Origin: Victivallales bacterium
Lineage (GTDB): Bacteria > Verrucomicrobiota > Lentisphaeria > Oligosphaerales > Lenti-02
Assembly (NCBI GenBank): GCA_003245525.1
Contig: QKCY01000500.1
Span: 1-55,686 of the forward strand
Reading direction: 5' to 3'
DNA length: 55,686 nucleotides
In this document: in pieces, positions 48,815-55,686 of the stretch
Layout: each line of letters starts with the position of its first letter
Position numbering within the stretch: the first letter of the stretch is position 1
The notes under the pieces: generated by a model
Told to the model about the DNA's origin: nothing
Databases searched by the model: none
Seen by the model: the letters and a program-made list of their open reading frames with translations, nothing else
Translations under genes and position numbers: made by a program

Positions 48815-48848
48815 GCAGTTGTGCCCACCGTGCAGTTGTGCCCACCGT
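48815..48848. repeat. Perfect 17-bp tandem duplication (gcagttgtgcccaccgt x2)
   Basis: Read directly at 48815-48831 and 48832-48848. It lies in the intergenic region between the SDR stop and the small ORF start. Confidence 0.9.
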
Positions 48849-48895
48849 GGTTTCTCCCGTCGTGCCCCGAACTGGTCGGGGGCGCTCCCCTGGTG

Positions 48896-49672
48896 TCAAC
48901 TGTCGCTGACGGTGTAGTGGGCCTCGTCGGGTTCCTGGAGGTCGGGGCCGACGAGGTGGAGGCCACCGTCGACGTAGATGATCTGGCCGGTGATGGTCTG
49001 GGCCTGGGCCAGGAAGAGGCAGGCCTCGGCGATCTCCTCGGGGGTGGAGCGCTGGCCCATGGGCACGTAGCGGACGAGGCGCTCGATCTTCTCCGGGGCG
49101 ATGCCGGGCGGGGCGAGGACGATGCCGGGGGCCACGGCGTTCACCCGGATGCGGGGCGCCCACTGCACGGCGGCGGCCTCGGTGGCGTCGCGCAGGCTCT
49201 TCTTGGCGAAGCCGTAGGTGCCCGCCGAGGGATCGACCGTGGCCACGCGCTGGTCGAGGATGTTGATGATGTTGCCTTCCTCGCAGTACCGGGCGAAGTC
49301 CCGCATGAGCAGGAAGGGGGCCTCGAAGTTGATGAGGAAATCCTCGCGGAGGCTCTCGCTGATGACATTGGTGAGCTGGCAACGCCGGTAGACCGAGGCG
49401 TTGTTGACCAAGCAGTTCAGGCCGCGTCCGCTACCCATCAGATCAGGGATTAGCCGTTCCCGCTCGGCATCCACGAGCAAGTCGGCCTGCACCAGTTCGT
49501 GCCCCGGCGAGATCTCGTTGAGCTGGGCAAGCAGCTCGCGGGCGGGTTCCTCGCTCTGGTTGTAGTGGACCACCACCGTGGCCCCGGCCCGGGCGAACCG
49601 CAACGCGATCTGGCGGCCGATGCGGACACCGGCGCCCGTGACCAAGACACGCGTGTTGGAGAGTGGCTTCAT
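48896..49672 (-). CDS. Short-chain dehydrogenase/reductase (pteridine-reductase-like SDR)
   Basis: VLVTGAGVRIGRQIA is the cofactor motif and YGFAKKSL is the YxxxK active site. Start re-placed at ATG 49672 (MKPLSNTR). Confidence 0.85.
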   Translation of the reverse strand: MKPLSNTRVLVTGAGVRIGRQIALRFARAGATVVVHYNQSEEPARELLAQLNEISPGHELVQADLLVDAERERLIPDLMGSGRGLNCLVNNASVYRRCQLTNVISESLREDFLINFEAPFLLMRDFARYCEEGNIINILDQRVATVDPSAGTYGFAKKSLRDATEAAAVQWAPRIRVNAVAPGIVLAPPGIAPEKIERLVRYVPMGQRSTPEEIAEACLFLAQAQTITGQIIYVDGGLHLVGPDLQEPDEAHYTVSDS

Positions 49673-49770
49673 CTGGATTCTCCGCAACGGCGGAAGCGCC
49701 GTCATCATCTACCAGAAACTAGCCTTTCCCGGTGCTCTTGCCAAGAGGGTAGGCAGAATGGGGGAGGGAT

Positions 49771-49918
49771 GGAACAATGGAATAATGGAATGGTGGAATG
49801 GTGGAATGGTGGAATGGTGGAATGCGGGAATGCGGGAATGCGGGAATGCGGGAATGCGGGAATGCGGGAATGCGGGAATGCGGGAATGGTGGAATGCGGG
49901 AATGCGGGAATGCGGGAA
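49771..49918 (+). repeat. 19-unit head-to-tail 8-bp tandem array (GGAATGNN)n
   Basis: The units read ggaacaat, ggaataat, 4x ggaatggt, 8x ggaatgcg, ggaatggt, 3x ggaatgcg, then ggaagc. The junctions gcg|gg create 8 consecutive GGG tracts plus 3 more, spaced by AATGC. Confidence 0.95.
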
Positions 49919-49939
49919 GCAGCTACAGAACCCGAGGTT

Positions 49940-49966
49940 TCGTCCACGACGTCCACTTCGTCCACT
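49940..49966 (+). repeat. 3 x 9-bp tandem repeat (tcgtccacg / acgtccact / tcgtccact)
   Basis: Read directly. It sits at the centre of the repeat island, between the G-rich and C-rich halves. Confidence 0.7.
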
Positions 49967-49975
49967 TTCCCGTTT

Positions 49976-50015
49976 CCATCATTCCATCATTCCATCATTC
50001 CATCATTCCCCCATT
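49976..50015 (+). repeat. 4 perfect plus 1 variant 8-bp units ccatcatt (reverse complement of GGAATGAT-phase units): right arm of the inverted repeat
   Basis: Perfect units at 49976-83, 49984-91, 49992-99 and 50000-07, followed by cccccatt. Confidence 0.9.
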
Positions 50016-50108
50016 CCGCCCCGGAGCAGGCGGGACGCCTGCGCCACGGCATTCCATCATTCCCCCATTCCGCCCCGGAGCAGGCGGGACGCCTGCGCTA
50101 CGGCATTC
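50001..50108 (+). repeat. 54-bp direct repeat x2 (53/54 identical), each with a GCAGGCG-GGA-CGCCTGC hairpin and C5/C4 tracts
   Basis: Copy 1 is at 50001-50054 and copy 2 at 50055-50108. The only difference is gcgccacgg versus gcgctacgg. Additional cattccccc units follow, up to about 50135. Confidence 0.9.
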
Positions 50109-50203
50109 CCCCATTCCCCCATTCCGCTTCCCCCTCTTGACTTTCCCGCGTGCGGGGGGAAGGTGTGGCTTCTGTGAGGTCCGTCCAGCCCAGGAGATAT
50201 CCC

Positions 50204-52858
50204 ATGCGTTGCCTGTTTGCCGTTCTTGCCGTGGCCGCCGCCAGCCTGTGGGCGGCACCCCTGCATCTGTACGTGTCGCCGGACGGCAACGATGCCTGGT
50301 CCGGGACCGCGCCGCGCCGGGGCTGGATGCAGCGGCAGCAGGGGCCATTCCGGACGTTGGAGCGGGCGCGGGACGAGATCCAGGCCCAAAAGCCTGCCGA
50401 AGGAGCGGTGGTTGAGGTCCGGGGCGGCGTCTACGAATTGGCCCAGCCCTTTGCCTTGACCGAAGCCGATGCGGCACCAGCAGGAGCCCGTATCGTCTAT
50501 CGCAACTACCGGGACGAGTCGGTCCGGCTGCTGGCGGGCAAGCGTGTCCACGAATTCCTGCCGGTACCTGCCGAGCAACTGGCGCGGATACCCGAGGAGG
50601 CCCGTCCGCACGTGGTGCAGGTCGATCTGAAGGCCCTCGGGCTGACCGAGATTGGTGAGCCCACCACCGGCGGCATCGAGGTCTTCTGCGACGGGGTGCC
50701 CTTGTCCCGGTCGCGCTACCCCAACGAGGGCTTCATGACCGTCTCCAAGGTCAGTGATCGCGATCCCAAGGAGAGCCACGGCCGCAAGGGTAGCATGTAC
50801 GGGGAGATCTGGTTCGATGATCCGCGCGGCCAGCGTTGGGCCGGGGAAAGCGATCTGTGGACCCACGGCTACTGGTTCTGGGACTGGGCCGACCAGCGTC
50901 ACAAGGTGGTGGAGTTCGATCCCGCCGCCGGCCGGATGCTCTTCCCCCAGCCGTTCCATGGCTACGGCTACCGCAAGGGGGCCTGGTTCTACGTCTACAA
51001 CTGTCTGAGCGAGATCGACCAGCCCGGCGAGTGGCAGCTCGACACCGCGACCGGCATCCTCACTCTGTGGCCGCCCCAGGACCCGGCCCGGGCCGAGATC
51101 TTCGTCTCGGTCCTGCCCACCGTGGTTACGCTGGCGAAGGCCAACAACGTCACCTTGCACGGCTTCGTCCTCGAAGGCGCGCGCGGCACTGCCCTCCAGG
51201 CCAGCAATGTGAGCAACGTCCGCATCGAGACCTGCGTGGTCCGCAACTGCGGCGGCAGCGGCATCTCCCTCTCCGGGCGCGACAGCCAGGTGGTGGGCTG
51301 CGACCTCTACAACCTCGGTGATGGCGGCATCAACCTCACCGGCGGCGACCGGACCACCCTGACCAAGGCCAATCTGCTGGCCGAGAACAACCACATCCAC
51401 CACTACGCCCGCATCAACCGGGTCTACCGGCCCGGCATCAACCTGCAAGGCGTCGGCAACGTGGCCCGTCACAACCTGATCCACGACGCCCCCCACATGG
51501 CCATGGGCTTCGGCGGCAACGACCACCTGATCGAGCTGAACGAGGTCCATTCGGTCTGCTACGAGTCCAACGACGCCGGGGCCATCTACACGGGGCGGGA
51601 CTGGACCCAGCGCGGCACCGTTCTTCGCTACAACTACCTGCACGACATCAGCGGCTTCCAGGGCAAGGGCTGCATGGGCATCTATCTCGACGACATGTTC
51701 TCCGGCACCACCATCGAGCGGAACCTGTTCGTGAACGTCACCTCCGCCGCCTTCGTCGGCGGTGGCCGGGACAACGTGATCGACAACAACATCTTCATCG
51801 ACTGCCGTCCTGCCGTCCATGTGGACGCCCGTGGGGTTGGCTGGGCCAAGGGCGCCGTTCCCGGCGTCATGACCGAACGCCTGGAGAAGAGCCCCTACAA
51901 CACGGAGCTGTGGAAACAGCGCTGGCCCCAACTGCAGACCATTCTGCGCAACGATCCCGGCCTGCCCATGGGCACCCGGGTCACCCACAACATCTGCGTC
52001 GGCGGGCGTTGGAGCAGTATCGAGGGCAAGGCCCGGCCCTGCGTCACGCTGGCGGACAACCTGGTGGACGTCGATCCCGGCTTCCGCGATGCGGCCAAGG
52101 GCGACTACCGGCTGCGCGTGGATTCGCCAGCCCGGGACTTCAACTTCCAGCCCATTCCCTGTCCCGCCATCGGCCTCTACAAGGACAGCCTGCGGGCCAG
52201 TTGGCCGGTGACGTCCACGGTCCGCCCCACCGAGACCCCGCCGCCTGCGGCCGTCCGCCAGAGGAACCAGGGCCCCACCTACTCCGTGGTCCACGTCGAG
52301 CCGGGCACCATCCAGATCGACGGCAAGGCCACCGACTGGCAGGCCGACCCCAAGCAGGCCATGGTCTGCGCCGTCCCGCCCTGCGGCGAAGCCTCCAAGT
52401 ACCAGTCCCTGGCTTGGCTCGCCTGCGATGGGGAGGCCCTGTATCTCCTGGTCAAGACTCCGGTCGATCCCGCCAAGCCGCTCAAAACCGGCGACACCTG
52501 GGGCCAGGAGGACGCCTTCGAGATCGCTTTCCGCGACCTCTCGGCCCCCAAGAGCCCCATCTTCAACCTGCGCGGTTTCGCCGGCGGCCAGTCCAGCAGC
52601 GTCAGCGATGCCGGGGCCAGCCCGGCGCAGGCCGCCGCCGTCGGCAAGGCCATGACCTATGCCGCCACCCGCGAAGCCGACTACTGGCTGGGCGAGTTCC
52701 GCATCCCCCTCGCCGCCTGCGGCATCAAGCCCGATGTGGCCAAGCTCGCCTTCAACGTGAACGTCCGCCGCCTGGCCGACAATACCTGGATGGTCTGGGC
52801 CACCACCGGCGGCCCCGTCTGGGACGTGGACTACGCGGGTGTGCTGTTGCTGAAATGA
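50204..52858 (+). CDS. Secreted right-handed parallel beta-helix protein with C-terminal CBM9/DOMON-like domain
   Basis: Signal peptide MRCLFAVLAVAAASLWA. N-cap YVSPDGNDAWSG. Successive coils include NVTLHGFVLEGARGTAL, NVRIETCVVRNCGGSGI and QVVGCDLYNLGDGGINL. The C-terminus has IQIDGKATDWQ..EDAFEIAF. AGGAGA lies 6 nt upstream of ATG 50204. Confidence 0.8.
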   Translation: MRCLFAVLAVAAASLWAAPLHLYVSPDGNDAWSGTAPRRGWMQRQQGPFRTLERARDEIQAQKPAEGAVVEVRGGVYELAQPFALTEADAAPAGARIVYRNYRDESVRLLAGKRVHEFLPVPAEQLARIPEEARPHVVQVDLKALGLTEIGEPTTGGIEVFCDGVPLSRSRYPNEGFMTVSKVSDRDPKESHGRKGSMYGEIWFDDPRGQRWAGESDLWTHGYWFWDWADQRHKVVEFDPAAGRMLFPQPFHGYGYRKGAWFYVYNCLSEIDQPGEWQLDTATGILTLWPPQDPARAEIFVSVLPTVVTLAKANNVTLHGFVLEGARGTALQASNVSNVRIETCVVRNCGGSGISLSGRDSQVVGCDLYNLGDGGINLTGGDRTTLTKANLLAENNHIHHYARINRVYRPGINLQGVGNVARHNLIHDAPHMAMGFGGNDHLIELNEVHSVCYESNDAGAIYTGRDWTQRGTVLRYNYLHDISGFQGKGCMGIYLDDMFSGTTIERNLFVNVTSAAFVGGGRDNVIDNNIFIDCRPAVHVDARGVGWAKGAVPGVMTERLEKSPYNTELWKQRWPQLQTILRNDPGLPMGTRVTHNICVGGRWSSIEGKARPCVTLADNLVDVDPGFRDAAKGDYRLRVDSPARDFNFQPIPCPAIGLYKDSLRASWPVTSTVRPTETPPPAAVRQRNQGPTYSVVHVEPGTIQIDGKATDWQADPKQAMVCAVPPCGEASKYQSLAWLACDGEALYLLVKTPVDPAKPLKTGDTWGQEDAFEIAFRDLSAPKSPIFNLRGFAGGQSSSVSDAGASPAQAAAVGKAMTYAATREADYWLGEFRIPLAACGIKPDVAKLAFNVNVRRLADNTWMVWATTGGPVWDVDYAGVLLLK

Positions 52859-52861
52859 AAC

Positions 52862-52897
52862 CAGTCGGACTGGTCCGACTCGTCCGACCAGTCTGAC
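52862..52897. repeat. 4 x 9-bp tandem array of GTCNGAC mini-palindromes (cagtcggac tggtccgac tcgtccgac cagtctgac)
   Basis: Read directly. It starts 4 nt after the beta-helix gene stop and ends 30 nt before the next start codon. It also forms the hairpins CCAGTC-g-GACTGG and GTCGGAC-tg-GTCCGAC. Confidence 0.8.
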
Positions 52898-52927
52898 AAA
52901 CCCAGTCGTAGTCAGGCTTTCAGGAGG

Positions 52928-54532
52928 ATGGCGATGAGCGAAGGGCGGCAGGGATGGTCTTGGCAGGCCAAACTGGCTCTTGCCGTGGCCGTTGTCCTTG
53001 TCATCCTCCTGTTCGGCCAACGGAGCTTGCGCAGACCTTGGATTCGCCCCCTGCCCGGTGTCCGGGTCGAGATGACCCGCCCCATCGTCACGGAAGAGGA
53101 ACTGGGGCCCGATTCCGCCTACCGCCTCTTGCTCAAGGCCGCCGAGCAGGCCCAGATCTCCTCGGGAGTGTCGGTGCCTCAGTCGGACGATCCGGCTGTA
53201 GGGCCGTTCGAGCAACCGGATGCCCTTGAGGCGGCTAATGAGAAACTCCACGCCCTGCCGTGGCCAGATGCACCTCCACTTACCTTTGCCGAGCGTTTGG
53301 CAGCCCGTCAGAAGGCGGAGCTTCTGGAGCCGCCTTCCGACCAGCAAGACGAACAGGAACTGCGCAAGCGAATCCTGTACGCTTCCGCGCCGTGGACATA
53401 CGAACAGTACCAGATTGCCTGTCGCTTGACCAACCTGGGGGAAGAGACAAATGAATCGGTGGACGCAGCTCTCGCTGCTTCCATCTGCCAGATGCCCACA
53501 CAGTTCCGCGAGAACGGTTCGAACGTCTATCGCGAGACAATCCACCCTCTAGTCCGGCGGCTGAATCTGCGTGCCCACCGTCTCTCGGGCGAAGGAGATC
53601 AGGCAGCGGCGTTCCAAGACATCGCGCGAATGCTCGGTATTGCCAATCTCGTTGGTCGTGGCAGTGGGCTAGACGGCTTCTGGCAGGCAGGGGCATGGGA
53701 TCGGGAGACTGCCACCACGGCTCGCATCCTAGCGACTACTGCCGACATTCCGCCTTCTGTCCTGACGAAGAGTGCGCGGGAGTTCCTGGCGGCTGCCGAG
53801 GCAACCGAGCCCTTTGCCGAGACGGTGCGGGCCGATGCTCTCCTCAACCTGCATGCGTTCCCTCACTGCTATGCGGTTACGGAGGCCGACGTACGTTCCC
53901 TTGCCAGCAGTTCAAGCCTGCCGGTATGGAAACGAAAGGCTATCCCGCTCCTACTGGCTCTGGCTCCTCTAGCGGGAAGCAGTCTCCGGTCGAGTTCCAG
54001 GAACCTGCATACCCTGTCCCAGCATCTGGTGTACTTGGCAGAGCGGCCCTATTCGCGCGAAGCCCGCGATAGCTATGACCGACTTTCACCACCGCTCTTC
54101 TCCCGGCCTGCCCCGGCGGAGCTAATCCTGCGCATGCGCGATCCATTGGGGTATCTGACTCTTTATCAATACAATCTGGATTTCAACAGCGAGCATATAT
54201 CCGCAACCCTCCGCGACACAGAGCGGTATGCCATGGCCATCTTTCTGGCCGTGGAAGCCTACCGCAAGGAGCACGGAAGGCTGCCCGAGAACCTCGACCT
54301 CTTGGTTCCCGAGTACCTTCCCCGGTTGCCTTCCGATCCCTTTGGCGGCGGCCCATTTCACTACGTCCGCCAAGGTGTCCCCAAACTGCCATCGGACGCA
54401 TGGGCGATCTACAGCGTGGGCGAGGATCTTGAGGACAGTGGTTGCAGTGCTGTTGGGTCGGGCAGCGAAAGCCATTTCATCTCCAATGACCTTGTCTGGG
54501 CATCATCGCCTTTTCCGTTTTGTAATAGGTGA
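52928..54532 (+). CDS. Membrane-anchored hypothetical protein, paralog 1, with pseudopilin(GspG)-like C-terminal motif
   Basis: TM helix KLALAVAVVLVILLF. The C-terminus AYRKEHGRLPENLDLLVPEYLPRLPSDPFGGGPFHYV..WAIYSVGEDLEDSG resembles the T2SS GspG-type C-terminal pattern. The second ATG at 52934, 6 nt after AGGAGG, is the likely true start. Confidence 0.65.
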   Translation: MAMSEGRQGWSWQAKLALAVAVVLVILLFGQRSLRRPWIRPLPGVRVEMTRPIVTEEELGPDSAYRLLLKAAEQAQISSGVSVPQSDDPAVGPFEQPDALEAANEKLHALPWPDAPPLTFAERLAARQKAELLEPPSDQQDEQELRKRILYASAPWTYEQYQIACRLTNLGEETNESVDAALAASICQMPTQFRENGSNVYRETIHPLVRRLNLRAHRLSGEGDQAAAFQDIARMLGIANLVGRGSGLDGFWQAGAWDRETATTARILATTADIPPSVLTKSAREFLAAAEATEPFAETVRADALLNLHAFPHCYAVTEADVRSLASSSSLPVWKRKAIPLLLALAPLAGSSLRSSSRNLHTLSQHLVYLAERPYSREARDSYDRLSPPLFSRPAPAELILRMRDPLGYLTLYQYNLDFNSEHISATLRDTERYAMAIFLAVEAYRKEHGRLPENLDLLVPEYLPRLPSDPFGGGPFHYVRQGVPKLPSDAWAIYSVGEDLEDSGCSAVGSGSESHFISNDLVWASSPFPFCNR

Positions 54533-54656
54533 TTCCCTCATCAGATAGTGGGCACGCTACGTTTCCGTTGCTTCTGGTCACGCGAATGCGGGCACTCTGG
54601 CGCGGAGTCCAGGGTGCAAGGTGAGTTCCGACTGAAGTGACATCGGAGAAAGGAGG

Positions 54657-55686
54657 ATGGCGATGAGCGAAGGGCGGCAGGGATGGCCTTGGCAGGTCAA
54701 ACTGACCCTGGCCGTGACCATTGGCCTTGCCGTCCTCCTGTTCGGCCAGCGGAGCTTGCGCAGGCCCTGGGTTCGTCCCCTGCCCGACATCCGGGTCGAG
54801 ATGACCCGGCCCATTGTCACCGAAGACGAACTAGGCCCCGATTCGGCCTACCGCCTACTGCTCAAGGCCGCCGAGCAGGCCCAAGTGCTCCCTGGCGATC
54901 CGGTACTGGACCAGGCCGAGCAACTCGGGCCAAGGCCGATCAATGGCATTTGCCTTCTTTGGCAGACATGCCACAAACTGCACTGCCAACCATGGCCGGC
55001 TTCACAGCCCTCCGCCCTGGCTGAACGCTTGGCGGCAATCCGGGCAACCAACCAGCGGAAAGCGCCGGAGGAGCGGCAAGAGGACAGCGACCTGCTGGAA
55101 GAAGCCTTGGCCCCCAATGCGCTCTGGACGCTGGAGGAACTCCGGATTGCCCAGTACCTGGCTGATCTGTCGCAGGGGACACTCGGGCTGGTCGATGAAG
55201 CCCTTGCCGCCCCGGTCTGCCAGATGCCTACCCGGTTCTCCATCCTTGATCCAGGTGTCTACAACCCGGAAATCCTCTATCCGTTGGTTTTGCGCCTGAA
55301 TCTGCATGCCCACCGGGAAGCAGCAGTCGGCAACTACGCAGGTGCCTTCCAGGATATCTCGCGGGTGCTTGGCCTCATGAACCTTGTCGGCCGCGGCGGT
55401 GGCCGGGACAGCTATTTCCCCGGATGGGAGTGGGATCCTGATACCACGACAGCCTACCTTCTGGCCCAGTCAGGTAGCGTGCCGGTGCCTGTCCTGAAGC
55501 AGGCCGCGGCGGACCTTCTGGCCCTGGTGGCGGCGGCCGAGCCCTTTGTCGAGACTGTCCGGGCGGATGCTACCTACAATTTGTATCAGGCGGAGCAGGC
55601 CTACGGAATGGCAGCAAGCAACCTGCCTGCTCGGGTCATGTCTCCGGAGGCCCCAGTCTGGCGGCAGCGAGTTGTTGTCGCAGTGC
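54657..55686 (+). CDS. Membrane-anchored hypothetical protein, paralog 2 (3' end beyond window)
   Basis: Absent from the ORF track because it has no stop in the window. My translation gives MAMSEGRQGWPWQVKLTLAVTIGLAVLLFGQRSLRRPWVRPLPDIRVEMTRPIVTEDELGPDSAYRLLLKAAEQAQ..., open to the window end. It has the same AGGAGGATGGCGATG start context as paralog 1. Confidence 0.65.
   Translation, partial: MAMSEGRQGWPWQVKLTLAVTIGLAVLLFGQRSLRRPWVRPLPDIRVEMTRPIVTEDELGPDSAYRLLLKAAEQAQVLPGDPVLDQAEQLGPRPINGICLLWQTCHKLHCQPWPASQPSALAERLAAIRATNQRKAPEERQEDSDLLEEALAPNALWTLEELRIAQYLADLSQGTLGLVDEALAAPVCQMPTRFSILDPGVYNPEILYPLVLRLNLHAHREAAVGNYAGAFQDISRVLGLMNLVGRGGGRDSYFPGWEWDPDTTTAYLLAQSGSVPVPVLKQAAADLLALVAAAEPFVETVRADATYNLYQAEQAYGMAASNLPARVMSPEAPVWRQRVVVAV

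Noticed and set aside
49771-50015. Similarity to human satellite II/III (GGAAT/ATTCC)n, raising the possibility of eukaryotic contamination or a chimeric assembly.
   Set aside because: The unit here is a GC-enriched 8-mer (GGAATGCG/GGAATGGT), not the 5-mer. The array is continuous with GC-rich bacterial genes on both sides. A second, smaller copy lies inside an operon boundary at 21988-22146.
49771-50108. Possible CRISPR array.
   Set aside because: The 8-9-bp units are directly abutting with no spacers. The 54-bp unit occurs only twice, also abutting. There are no cas genes in the window.
49499-50415. ORFs through the repeat island encoding repetitive peptides (for example GMRECGNAGMRECGNA, or HHSIIPSF repeats). 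These could be mistaken for repeat proteins or RiPP precursors.
   Set aside because: The DNA unit is 8 bp, so any unit gain or loss shifts the frame. All three frames and both strands give equally repetitive peptides. The ORFs begin inside or antisense to flanking real genes and lack ribosome-binding sites.

Overview
This is a GC-rich bacterial chromosomal window with about 40 protein-coding genes. I found no rRNA, tRNA, CRISPR array, transposase, integrase or phage gene by eye.

The gene content points to an anaerobic, polysaccharide-degrading member of the PVC group (Kiritimatiellota, Verrucomicrobiota or Planctomycetota-like). This is inference only. The supporting content is an electron-bifurcating [FeFe]-hydrogenase, an FGE/SUMF1 domain, planctomycete-type CxxCH motifs, GH78, FHA/PEGA proteins, GldG plus DUF4340, and pseudopilin-like tails.

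Every gene from position 1 to 37547 is on the minus strand, and many have ATGA or GTGA stop/start overlaps.

Gene modules:
1. rex-hydC-hydB-hydA-ferredoxin-hydS-PP2C: a bifurcating hydrogenase with a putative H2-sensing branch.
2. NUDIX, DegT, a giant CBM/propeller/CxxCH/FGE fusion protein, and GH78.
3. aroA, an aroE-aroK fusion, cdaR and cdaA.
4. A six-gene envelope cluster: ABC-2 ATPase, permease, GldG-like protein, DUF4340, a 1001-aa lipoprotein, and a Wzy-like membrane protein with a CBM-like tail.
5. An orphan OppF-type ATPase, ComEC, and an FHA-TM-PEGA protein.
6. PHP phosphoesterase, Zn-ribbon coiled coil, hybrid histidine kinase, FGGY kinase, a secreted unknown, a PA14/TPR protein, a small FHA protein, PaaK and an SDR.
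7. A secreted beta-helix protein and two tandem paralogs of unknown function.

The most unusual signal is non-genic. A family of GGAATG-based 8-bp tandem and inverted repeat elements occurs at 21988-22146. A greatly expanded version fills most of the divergent intergenic region 49673-50203, with 19 tandem 8-mers, G-quadruplex-competent tracts on both strands and a 54-bp duplication.

I do not see a clear-cut novel defence or mobile system. The best candidates for undescribed biology are the repeat elements, the envelope cluster and the tandem paralogs. All functional statements about them are hypotheses.

Several ORF-track starts were re-placed using internal ATG/GTG codons with Shine-Dalgarno-like sequences. 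Most long plus-strand ORFs in the minus-strand block, and the long minus-strand ORFs across plus-strand genes, are GC-driven shadow ORFs.
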